From contig OZ218957.1 of the NCBI GenBank assembly GCA_965112735.1, forward strand, positions 1,922,001 to 1,986,000: a DNA stretch of 64,000 nucleotides, written 5' to 3'. The DNA comes from Phaeosaccion multiseriatum. Its lineage: Eukaryota > Protista > Ochrophyta, other classes. This document shows, in pieces, positions 1-12,000 of this stretch (positions are counted from its first letter, which is position 1; every line of letters begins with the position of its first letter). A model generated the notes under the pieces. It was not told where the DNA came from. It saw only the letters and a list, made by a program, of their open reading frames with translations, and made no database searches. Both the position numbers and the translations under genes were made by a program.

Positions 1-3000
1 TCATGGAGATGGCAAAAGCATGCATTGGGGAAGCAGGCATCGAGCTCGACGCTTTGAGGCCTTTGATGGAGGCTGGGCTGGACTCCATGTCTACGGTGGA
101 GCTTCGGAGTCGACTCCAAGCTCGCTTCGGCGTGTCCGTCCCCAACGACGTGCTTTTCAGTCACCCCTCAATCGTAGCACTGTCTACCTGGCTGGAAGCC
201 TTGGTGATGGGATCTGAGGAGGATGATGAGGGTGAGAGTGAGTCGATTGGATACCAGAGGGGCGACATGAAGGCATCGTTAGCGGTGGTGGGCATGGCCT
301 GCCGCTTGCCAGGTGGTTCGAACAGCCCAGAGGAGTTTTGGGCCATGCTTAGCAATGGCAAGGACTGTGTCCAGCCTGCTCCGCTCGACCGCTGGGCGAG
401 CAAGGAGGAGGATGAGCAGCAGTGGCAAGGAAGCTTCATCGACGGCGTGGAAATGTTCGATCCATCTGTGTTCGGCATATCCAGCCCTGAGGCTTCTGCC
501 ATGGACCCACACCAGCGGGTGATGCTGGAGGTGGGACTGGAGGCGCTTGTGACTGCGGGCTATACCAAGCAAAGCCTGAGTGGCAGTCAGACCGGAGTGT
601 TCGTGGGCATGAGCGGCAGTGACTGGGGATCCCTCGGGGAAGGCTCATCCTCGACAGGCGCGTATAGCACCATGGGCGCAGCCGGGGCAAGCGTGTCCAA
701 TCGTCTGTCGTACACGCTCGGACTGCAGGGCCCGTCCATGACCACTGACACGGCGTGCTCGTCCTCTCTGGTGGCCCTGGACAGCGCTTGCAGCAGCTTA
801 CGCATGGGCAAGTGCGACGCAGCCGTGGTGGGCGGAGTGAATCTGTTGCTGGGCACGCAGAGCTTCGAAAGGCTGAAGGGAAGTGGTTTCTTATCGCCCG
901 ACGGGTACGTGCGCTTATGTGTGGAGTGCTTTCATTCCTGTTTGTGTTCACCCCTCTTCTCCCTTTGGCCATCGCCTCTCTGGCAAATCGCACAGTGAGA
1001 ACGACTTGAGTGCCTTACCAAGTCAACTTATCTCACCCCATCCCACAATTCCCATGCCCTTCTCAGGCGCTGCAAGACGTTCGACGCGTCGGCAAACGGA
1101 TACGTGCGTGGTGAAGGATGCGGTGCCGTTGTGCTGAAACTTTTGGATGACGCCCTCGCTGCCGGAGACACGGTCCTCGCTGTGATTGAGGGCTGTGCCG
1201 TGAACCACAACGGAACCAGTGCCCGCCTCACGGCCCCCAGCCCCGCCGCCCAGCAGAGACTCATCGAGGCGACGCTGCGTGAGGCCGGTCGAGAGGGCTC
1301 CGAGGTACGCATCGTGGAGGCACACGGCACGGGCACATCTCTCGGCGACCCAATCGAGATGAGTGCTCTCAGGGCCACGTACGGAAAGAACCGTGACGAG
1401 TCTTTCCCGCTGGTAGTGGGTGCGGTCAAGACCAACATTGGCCATCTGGAGGGTGCGGCGGGCATTGCCGGGCTCATCAAGGCCGTCTTGATGCTGCAGC
1501 ACCGCGCCGTGCCCGCCAACCTTCACCTCGAGAGCGTCAACCCGGAGCTGGACATGGACGGCTTCCCCGTGCAGCTCCCGTCGGTGATGGTGCAGCTGGA
1601 GGACGAGGGAGATATGTTGGTGGGGGTGAGCTCATTCGGGGCGGGAGGAACGAATGCACACGTGCTGCTGAGGAGCCATGGGGAGAAGAGTGAGGGTGCG
1701 CCAGGCCCTAATCCGGTGCAAGCAGAGACTCCAGTGGCGTTCTTGTTCACTGGGCAGGGTTCGCAGTACGTGGGCATGGGCAGGGAGCTGTACGAGAAGG
1801 AGGGCGTGTTCCGCGAGTGCATACAGCGGTGCAGCGGACTTCTCATGGAGCGGGCCTGGCTGGACAAGTCTGTGGTGGAGCTCATGTACCCTACCGCCGC
1901 TCAGGACGGGAAGGAGGAGCAGGAGAAGACTGCACAAGCGCTGCTGAAGGAGACACGCTACTGCCAGCCGTGCCTGTTTGTGCTGGAGTATGCCCTGTGT
2001 GAGCTGTGGAAGTCGGAGGGCGTGGAGCCTTCCATGGTGATGGGCCACAGCCTGGGCGAGGTAGTGGCGGCGTGTGTGGCCGGCGTCATGTCGCTGGAGG
2101 ACGGGCTGATGCTGTCCGCCAAGAGAGGGGCCGCCATGCAGGCCTGCCCCGAGGGCGATGGAGTGATGTTCGCAGTGAGGGCAGGCAAGGAGGCGACTTT
2201 GGCAAGCATCGACGCTGCGGGGGGGACAGGCGAGGTGGTGCTGGCGTCGTCGAATGGACCGAGCGCGAGCGTGATCTCTGGGGCGCGCAGTGCTGTGGAC
2301 AAGGTGGTGGAGAAGCTCACAGCCGATGGGGTGGGCTGCAAGGCCCTGGAGGTGTCGCACGCCTTCCACTCTCCTCTGATGGAGCCCGCTGTACGTGCGC
2401 TGGAGGAGGCTCTGAGGCAGGTGTCATTCAGCGCCCCACGCATTCCCCTGGTGTCCAACGTGACGGGCGAGGTGGTGAAGGCGGAAGAGGTTTCCCAGAA
2501 GACGTACTGGGAGCAGCACATGCTCTCTCCTGTGCTGTTTGCAGAAGGTATCCACACGCTGGTGGAGCACTTGATGAGGGACAGGAGGGGCTTGAATGTT
2601 GTGGAGGTGGGGCCCAATGCCGTGTTGAGCAGCATGGGAGCCAAGTGCGAGCATCGGGAGGGGCTGGTGTGGGTCTCTACTCTAAATAGAGGACAAAACT
2701 CCAACGAGGCATTTCGAGCGGCCCTGAGTAAAGTGATTGGCCGGGAGCACGTGGAGCTGTATCGGACACGCAGACCGTTTCCTTGGTACGATGTCAGGGG
2801 TAGTGGCAGGAGGAAGAAGAGAGGAAAGGGCATTGTCAAAGCTCTTCCCCCAGCGACGGCTTGGGAGGAAAGAGGAGGAGTGAGGCTGTCGGTGGAGCAG
2901 CACCCGTACCTTGCAGATCACGCAGTCAATGGTGGAGTGGTGTTGCCAGCGGCCGTCATGCTGGCAATTCTCTATGACACGCGCTGCTGCAGCACGTCAG

Positions 3001-6000
3001 GGGCCGGGGGTGAAGAGGGTGGTGGTGAGAGGACCATTTGCGACGCGGAGTTCGTTCGCTTCTTCCCAGTGAAGCAGTCCGAGGCTCAAGCTCTCGTAGT
3101 GTGCGACGATGTGTCTGGTAGTGGCAGGAGTGGCAGCGTCTCCCTGTGCAAGCCCGACAAGAAGGAGCTGCCCTACATGACAGCGAAGCTCGTGAGCGAC
3201 AGCGAGAGCGAGAGCCCTCCGCATGTACATAACGACATACACGCGCTATGGAAGGCTTGCCCGGACACGGTGGACGCCAGTCTGCTATACGAGGAGCTGG
3301 AGCGGCACACGGGCAGCCGCTTCGGCCCTGCCTTCCGGAACATTGTTGAGGCAAAGGCGGGCGACGGCGAGATGGTCGGGCGCGTACGGGTGCAAGGAGT
3401 GGCGCCGTTCGCTTTCGACCCCACGGCGCTGGAGAGCTGCTTCCAAATAGCGGGTCTGCTCGGCGGCGTCGCAGCGTTTGTGCCCACCAAGCTACGACGC
3501 CTTGTTGTGCTAACAGAGGCTGTGGGGCCGCAATTGCTGTGCCATACAAAGCTCATCGACAGGACTGCCACCAGCATCACCGCGGACATGGTGACCATGT
3601 CCCCTCGAGGAGAGGTGTATTGGAGAGTGGACGGACTGGTGCTCATGCAGCTGCCTCAGAGTCCGAATGCATGGCTGAAGCTGAGTGTGTACCACACTGT
3701 CTTCGCAGCCCCCGTAGAGTCTCCGGAGACGCCTCTGTCAGTAGCTGCAGCGGCAGCCGTGCCGTCGCGTCGCGTGTGCGTGCTAGGAATGGACAAGGAG
3801 ACGGAGGAAAGCATCGGCGTGCCGTGCGCTGACCTGGCTGAGGCTGATGTCGTGGTTGACGCACGACAGTCCGTCGAGGAGGCTGCCGAGCTGCTGCTCA
3901 AGTGTGTGGAGGCAAGCCGTGTTGGGCAAACTCTGAAAGCCCTCGTGTGGCTGGTCGTGCAGGCACCGCACACGCGGCAGGAGAAGGCACAGGAGGAGCG
4001 AAGAGCTTCCCCATCTCTCATGCTGGGATTGACTTGTGCTGCGCGCTGCGAGAACCCCTTTCTACCAATCTACTGCTTTCTGCTTCCTCCCGGCATGCAG
4101 CTCTCGGTCGGGTGGCAACACGTCCTTCCCTACATGCGGATGGAGAGGTTACCCGCAGACAAGGAGTGGCATCTCCTCCCAGGCACCGCTGCTCCCACTA
4201 CTCACGCGTGGCGTGTGCCTCGACTGCAGCTGCTGCCGAAGGAGCAGGCCGTCACACCGGAGGAACGTGCCGCGCCCGCCTTCCAGCTGCAAGTGGACCG
4301 CCCCGGGCAGCTGTCCAGCCTGCGCTGGCACGTGCTTCCTCGCTGGCCCTTGCAGGAGGGCGAGGTGCGTCTGGAGATCCACGCCGTTTCGCTGCACTTC
4401 AAGGACTTGCTGCTGGCCATGAGCATGTTGCCTGGGTTCCACCCCGTGCTGGGATTGGAGGCGGCAGGACGTGTCATCGAAGTGGGAGCAGGCGGAGAGG
4501 GGAGCACCCAACAGCACTGCATGTACTCGGTAGGCGACGAGGTGGTGAGCATGACCATGACCGCGGCCTCCAGTGACGCGCGCTACTCGCTGATGGGCAC
4601 AGAGGCCATCGCCCCCGTGTGGAGTCTGCGGCCCAAGCCGGCCAAGCTTAGTATGGTGGATGCTTCTGGCTTCTACGGTGTGACGGTGACGGCCTACTAC
4701 GCACTCATCGTGAAGGCCCAGCTGCAGCCCTCCGACACTGTGCTCGTGCACTCCGCAGCGGGCGGTGTAGGGCTGGCTGCGGTCCAAATTGCCAAGCACA
4801 CCGGCGCCACCATCATCGCCTCGGCCGGATCCGTAGCAAAGCGCGAGCTGCTGCGAGAGAGCTATGGTGTAAAGAACGTGATTGATTCCCGCGCACCCTC
4901 CAAGTTCGTCGATGAGATTCGACGCGTGACGGGAGGTAGGGGGGTGGACGTGGTGCTGAACAGCATCGCCGGGGAGGGCATGGAGCAGAGCTTGAAGGCC
5001 ATGGCTCCGCTCGGGCGCTTCGTGGAGATTGGCAAGCGCGATATTCTAAGCGACAACACGGTGCGCATGGGAGGCCTCAAGGAAAACGTGTCTCTCTTGA
5101 GTGTGCACATTGACCTGCTGATGGAGTCTCACCCGGAGGTGGTGCAGCAGCTCGTGTCAGACTGTCAGCAGCTGCTGGAGGAGGGGAAGCTCTCTCCCGT
5201 GCCCACGACTGCCTTCGCCGCAGCCGATGCGACGGAGGCCTTCAAGCTGATGCGCATGGGGTCGCACACAGGCAAGCTCGCCATCGTCATGACGGCGCCC
5301 GAGGGGGACGAGAAGAGCACTCCAACTCGCAATGTGCGTATACCTCCCTTTTTGTCCTCCTCTGTTGTGTTTGTCTGTATCCGGCGTTCCGGCGATTATG
5401 CTGAATGAGCTTTACTCATGTCCCACCCCGTCCCATCCTCCCCACCCATGACGCAGGCACGCTTCCTCCCGCAGCTCAGCGCCGACTGGACAGCCCGCTC
5501 GTCTCAAATCTTCCACAGTGCCGAAACGCTGGTAAGATCAGAGATGAGGACGTCAAGGGTAGCACTCACAACACCCTCCGCCAGAGTGGAGCAGTCGGTC
5601 ATTTGCTCTCTCTCACCTTTTAACTGTGCGGTCATCCGACAGCCTGCCTTCGCTCCATCTCTCTCTCCCTCTTGTCTCGTATCTCTCCTACGGCTGTACA
5701 GGTGGTGGCGGGAGGAGCGAGTCGGATGGGAATCTCCCTCGTGGAGTGGATGGTGACCAACGGGGCACGACACATCGTCCTGCTGGTGTCAAGGCCAGTG
5801 GGCAGTCTCTCCCGCTCCATACAGCTTCGAGTGGAGAATCTCCGCAAGACCGGCGCTCATCTGCTCGTGCGAAAGTGTGATGTGGCAGACGCGGGGGCCC
5901 TTGCCGCGCTCTTCAAGGAGGCATGTTCGCACCCGCCGCTCACGGGCATTTTCCACTTGTCCTCAGGCCACGAGACCACCACACCTGCCCGTGGGGAAGA

Positions 6001-9000
6001 AGCGACGTTTCAAATGTCAGATGTGAAGGCGATAGAGGCCGAGAATCTTCACCGCCTCTCTGCTGCCCCTGAGCACCGAGACCGAGTGCGCTACTTTGTA
6101 CTCTTCTCGTCTCTGGCAGCTGCTCACGGCAGCACCAAGCAGGCCGACGATGTGGGGGCACACGCCTCTCTTGGAGCGCTGGCGACGCACCGCCGGGCCA
6201 TGGGACTCCCTGCCATGGCCGTCAACCTTCCGTTGGTACTCGGGGCTGGCCTCTACGACGTGAGGCAATTGCGGCAGCGGCGTTCGGACTCGTCGGGCAC
6301 GGGGCTCAGCGGGGTTGAGGTTGAGCTCGTCTTTGCACACCTTCGGCGTCTGCTCCTGTACAACCAACATCTACCTGCAGAGATGAGCATCGATCGGCCG
6401 CTCTTGGACGCATATCGCAAGGCCAGCTCCAATGAGAGCTTGTACGATCTCGTGGATGAGGAAGGGCGTTTGCAGACACACACACCTATCTCTGCGAGAG
6501 AGACGCCTCAAGCACGCCAGCAGCCCCAGCACACAGGAGCGCAGCAGTTGTTGGAAGCCAGATTGGATGAGGAGAAGGAGCAGCATCGGAAAGTTTTCTC
6601 GGAGGGACACGCAAGGCTTGCTTCTGTAGTCCAGCCCGCTGTGGTGGCCCAAGTTGCCGCCCTGTTGGGAGCGGAGTGGCATGAGGTGGACCCAACGGCC
6701 AGCCTGCCCGAGCTTGGGCTGGACTCCCTGGCGGCGCTGGAGCTGGTGAACTGGGTGGGGGAGGAGTATGGTTTGACACTGTCTCAGAGCGAGCTTCTGG
6801 ACGGTGCATCAGCGAGCGATGTTGTCAACACGATCTGCTCAAGCGGAGGAGGGGGCATTGCTACTGTGTCTACACCTTCCAAGCTTTCGACTGTCGCAAA
6901 GTCGCCCCGGCAAGGCGTCAACTCTCCCGCCAGTTTTGCAGCCAATGAACCCGCCTCGCGTTCTGCCGTGGAGTCCGCTGTGGTGGCCCAAGTTGCCGCC
7001 CTGTTGGGAGCGGAGTGGCATGAGGTGGACCCAACGGCCAGCCTGCCCGAGCTTGGGCTGGACTCCCTGGCGACGCTGGAGCTGGTGAACTGGGTGGGGG
7101 AGGAGTACGGTGTGACACTGTCTCAGAGCGAGCTTCTGGACGGTGCATCAACGGGCGATGTTGTCAACACGATCTGCTCAGGCGGAGGAGAGGGCATTGC
7201 TACTGTGTCTGCACCTTCCAAGCTTTCGACAGTCGCGAAGTCACCCCGGCAAGGCGTCAGCTCTCCCGCCAGCTTTGCAGCCAATGCACCCGCCTCGCGT
7301 TCGGTCGTTGAGCCCGCTGTGATGGCCCAAGTTGCCGCCCTATTGGGGGCAGAGGTGCATGAGGTGGACCCAATGGTCAAGCTGCCCGAGCTTGGGCTGG
7401 ACTCCCTAGCGACGCTGGAGCTGGTGAACTGGGTGGGGGAGGAGTACGGTGTGACACTGTCTCAGAGCGAGCTTCTGGACGGTGCATCAGCGAGCGATGT
7501 TGTCAGCGCGATCACTGCGGACGGAAGTGCTCGAGAGAGCTACGCTGGAAACGGGTATCAGCGATCACGACAGCAATCGCTGCGCGCAACTGCAGTGCCT
7601 GAGCGAGTGGAGAAGGCGGCCCCTCTGTCCACACCTCCACCCACTCTCGCTTATACGAGCATTGCTGTGCCGCCCAAGCTGACAGTGGAGAGTACCCAGC
7701 GACTTCTGGCCGAGATCAAGCGCGCAAAGGGCGTGATTGCCTTCAGCGGAGGAAGCGCCACCGAGCCGTTCTGCCTGGGAGCGGATCTCGAGGGTGCGGG
7801 GGGCTTTGGTACCGACGCTATGGCGGAAACGCTAGAGAGCTTCCGACGGCTCCAGGAGGTGCTCAACGCGTACCCTTCTCCGATCATCGTGGTGGTGAAC
7901 GGCGCGTGCAGAGGAGGGGGCATGCTCTTCCCCTGCTGCTCGACCGTGTCCATTGCGGATAACGAGAACGCCTCCTTTGCCTTCCCAGAGATCCGCCGAG
8001 GGGGGCTGCCCGGCTTGGTGTCGGTGTCCGCTCAGCTGCGCATGACGAAAGCGCAAGTGACGAGGCTAATGTGCACTGCTGACGTCATTACTGCGGCAAG
8101 CGCACTCAACTTGGGGCTTGTTGATATCGTCACAGCCAATGAGGAGGAGGCGCATGTGGAGATGAAGCGCCTGGTGCAGCGCTTCCGTAGCATTCAACCC
8201 GACCTGCTCGAGCGCTGTGTGACGAAGTATCCATTGACCACCCCGGCGGAAGCAGCAGTGGAGATGGGCCGGTTCATGGCACCTCCTCCTCCCGCGCACG
8301 ATCCGAAGCTGGTGGAGGTGTCGTACAGGGGTGAAGGAGGGGGGGTGGCGGTGGTGGAGCTCACCGATCTGCAGCACTTTAATGCTATTTCTCGCAGCCT
8401 GTCCTCGGCCCTGTCCTCGGCCCTGGAGGAGGTGACCAGCAGCAAAAGGGTTCGCGCCGTGGTGCTGCAGGGGCGAGGGCGGCACTTCTGTACCGGAGCC
8501 AACCCTGCGGAATTTGCGGAGTCTCTTAAAACGCTCCCCGTGATGGCAGCTGCCCAGCTCGTCTTCGAGGTGTACGAGCCCTTTGCGCGGCTGTGTGAGC
8601 TCAAACTCCCCGTCATATGTGTGAGCCACGGCAAGGTATGAAGATGTTGGGCATCAAGCGGTGATGGTTGCTCTATTTCTCGCACGTTGTTGTGTTCCTA
8701 CGTCGATTCGCCGTCGCTGAAATGCCCTCCTCGTTCGCTCCTTGCGGTCTCTCTTGTGCACCAGGTGCTTGGAGGAGGGCTCGCCGCAATGCTGAACTCG
8801 GACTTCCGTATCGCAGTGGCGGGGAGCGTCTACAACTACGGAAACCTCCCGCGGGGTGTGTGCCCAGGCCTACTCCTGTCCCGTAACCTCGAGCGCACTG
8901 TAGGAGCCCCTGCCGCCATGGCGCTGTACCTCCGTGACGATGTGCTGAGCTCCAGCGACGCTCTCTCTGCCGGGCTCGTGCACGAGGTGTGCCCCACCCT

Positions 9001-12000
9001 ACAGGAGGCGCAGGATCGAGCTTTGGAGCTTGCTGAGACCATTTCCTCCTCTGCAAAGGGCGGTGTGGATCAGACGCTGATGCTCATGAGGCCAGACTTT
9101 GATCGGGCTCGCCTGGCAACGGAATCCCTGGTAAGCGCAACATGATCGCACATCTAGAGCTTCAGTCATCACCTCTGTACATTGCTCTGAGCTCCACGTC
9201 CTCCATCTAATCCGCGAATGTTTCTCTTGTCACGTGTAGGGCCTCGCCATGTGCGTGACTTCGGGAAAAGCGTTTTCGGACTCTTCGCAGTGGAGCTCGA
9301 CAGCTTTCCAAGAGGCTCTTCGTCGAAAGGGTAGGGAGGGGCTGGAGGCTCTGACCGCTCCTACTGCTTTGGTAGCGGAGAGAGGAGGGGCGGACACAGC
9401 ACCCCCAACACAGCAACTCCAGCCGCCAAGCCCCGGCCCACTCACCGCAGAGCCTGCTGTGACAAGCCCACCGCCAGAGCCTTCCACCGCCAGCAAGCCC
9501 ACACAGCCCCCCTTGGCTTCAGGGCAGGGAGGGAACCAGAGCCGGAGTAGAAGAGGAGCAGGGGGCAATGTCGGCATCCATGCCATGGAACTGTACGTGC
9601 CCAACCTGTCCGTCAAGCAGACCGACATGGAGGCTTTGTACGAGTGCCCCGGCAAGTTCACCGTCGGCCTGGGGCAGGAGGCGCTGGGCTTCTGCCACCC
9701 CTGCGAGGATGCTGTCTCCATGGCCATGATGGCGCTACACGGACTTCTGACCAAACATGGCGTTCGCTGGCAAGACGTGGGCAGGCTGGAGGTAAGACGG
9801 GGCAAGGTGTGCTCACAGTGAGAACAGCCATGCCAGCAGATGATACCGAAGGTGTGAGTGAGAGGGTTGTGTAAGAGAATGAGCTTAGTCGATGTCCCCA
9901 CGCGTGCTCCGCCTGCTCCTGCTGCTGCTAATCATCGCCCCGACCAGGTTGGCACGGAGTCCTCTGTGGACTACAGCAAGAGCATTAAGACATATTTGAT
10001 GCAGCTCTTCGACAACGCCGGGTGCAACGACGTGGAGGGCGTGGACAGCATCAACGCGTGCTATGGCGGGACGGCGGCACTCCTCAACGCAGCGGCTTGG
10101 TGCGGCAGCGAAGCCTGGGACGGGCGCTGGGCGGTAGTAATTTCTTCGGACTGCGCCTTCCTCCGCCCACCGCAAGACTTTTTGAACGGTGCTGCTGCTA
10201 TCGCCATTTTGGTGGGTCCAGAGGCGCCAGTGGTGCTGGAGCCCTGCCGAGCGACTCATATGACGCATAGTCACGACTTCTACAAGCCTGTTGGTAGGCC
10301 CGACCCCTACCCCTTTTTCCTTGCCAACGATGGAGGGGTCAGCGTGAAGCTGTACGAGGAGTCGCTCAGGCAGTGCCTCTGTCGCCTGCAGAGAGAGCTC
10401 CAGGCGCCGCTCGTTGGGGATGGCGGCGTGACAGACTACTTCGCCTTCCACTGCACCAGCACGTACCTGTGCAAGCGTGGCTTCAAGGTCCTAACCACGG
10501 GGGTGAAGGGACTGGGATTCGGTACGTTTGCCCGGAATTGTTGTCACAGACAGCACCCCCTTCTTGTCTGTGTGGCACATGCATGTTGTGCTCTACCACT
10601 CTCTTACTTGTCGCCCCATGCCAATGGCCTGTCTGTTTGTCTGTCTACTTCCTTTCTCATGTGAAACAGAGGCCAAGAAGGCGCTGTACGACGAGCGCTG
10701 CGAGCCATCCACCAGAGTCACCAAGCAGCTGGGGTCCACCTTCGCCGCCTCGGCGTATGTGAGCCTCTACTCGCTGTTCGTTAACGCGGAAGTGGACGGG
10801 CTGGACTTGCGAGACAAGCGCGTGTTGGTGTACTCGTACGGCTCAGGATCGGCCGCTACTCTGTACTCGCTCAAGGTACGGACTCCGCCAGCGATTAAGG
10901 GCGGAAGAGGCATGGGCATGATGGAGCGGCTGCGCCAGCGAGAGGTGGTGCATCCCGAGGTGATGCAGGCGAGCATGAGAAGGCGCGTGGAGTTGCTGCA
11001 CAGCGCAGACTACACGCTCGAGCCGGAGGGACTGCTGCCGGGCACTTTCTTCCTGCAGTCGGTGGATGCTGCGGGAGTGCGGTGCTACGCCCAGTATAGT
11101 ACACTGGGCGCCGACAGCCCCATCGTCCCCCTTGAGCAAGTCTCCGTGGCATTAGATGGTGAAGCTGTCATGCCACTTCCTCTGCGGCTGGCACCAGCTG
11201 CAGCGCCACCACGTCCCTCTGCATCGAAGCACATCGCCATTGTGGGCATGGCGTGCCGCTTCCCCGGGGGCGCTGACAGCCCTGAGCGTCTGTGGCAGCT
11301 GCTCTGCGAGGGCATCGATGCTGTCGGGCCCTTTCCCACAGACCGGTGGGGAGAGGTGGGCAGCGAACAGCACACGTATGCCAGAATGGGAGCGTTCTTG
11401 GACGACGCACATCTCTTCGACTACAGAAAGTACGGGCTCACGCATAGAGAGGCTGAGCACATGGATGTGAACCACCGCATAATGTTGGAGGTTGCGGACG
11501 CGGCCATGATCAATGCGGGTATGGGAGGCGGAGAGTTCTCAGGCACCAGCTCAGAGTCCAAGCACAGTCGCAGCTCCACGGGTGTGTTCGTGGGGTGCAA
11601 CAACGTCGAGTGGCTTCTATCCCAATGTATCGAGGGCCAGGGTGAGGGTGCGAAGCTGGGCGTTGCGAGGGTGCCAAAGACAGGGGCCTACACCCTGGTG
11701 GGCGGTGCTCCAAGCTTCGTGGCAAGCCGGCTCAGTCATCACCTCGGTCTCGGAGGGCCCTCTATGGGATTCGACATGGCCTGCTCGTCCTCCTTTGGTG
11801 CCATCCACGCGGCCGTATCGAGCTTGCGCAGCGGCGAGGTGACTGCTGCAGTGGTGGGCGGTGTCAACATCATGTCCTTGCCTTTCGCATTCGACTGGAT
11901 GGCCAAGCTGCAGCTACTGTCCAAGATTGGTCGGTGCGCTGCTTACGATATCGCCGGTGATGGCTACGCGAGGGGTGAGGGGTGCGGGGCGGTCGTGCTG

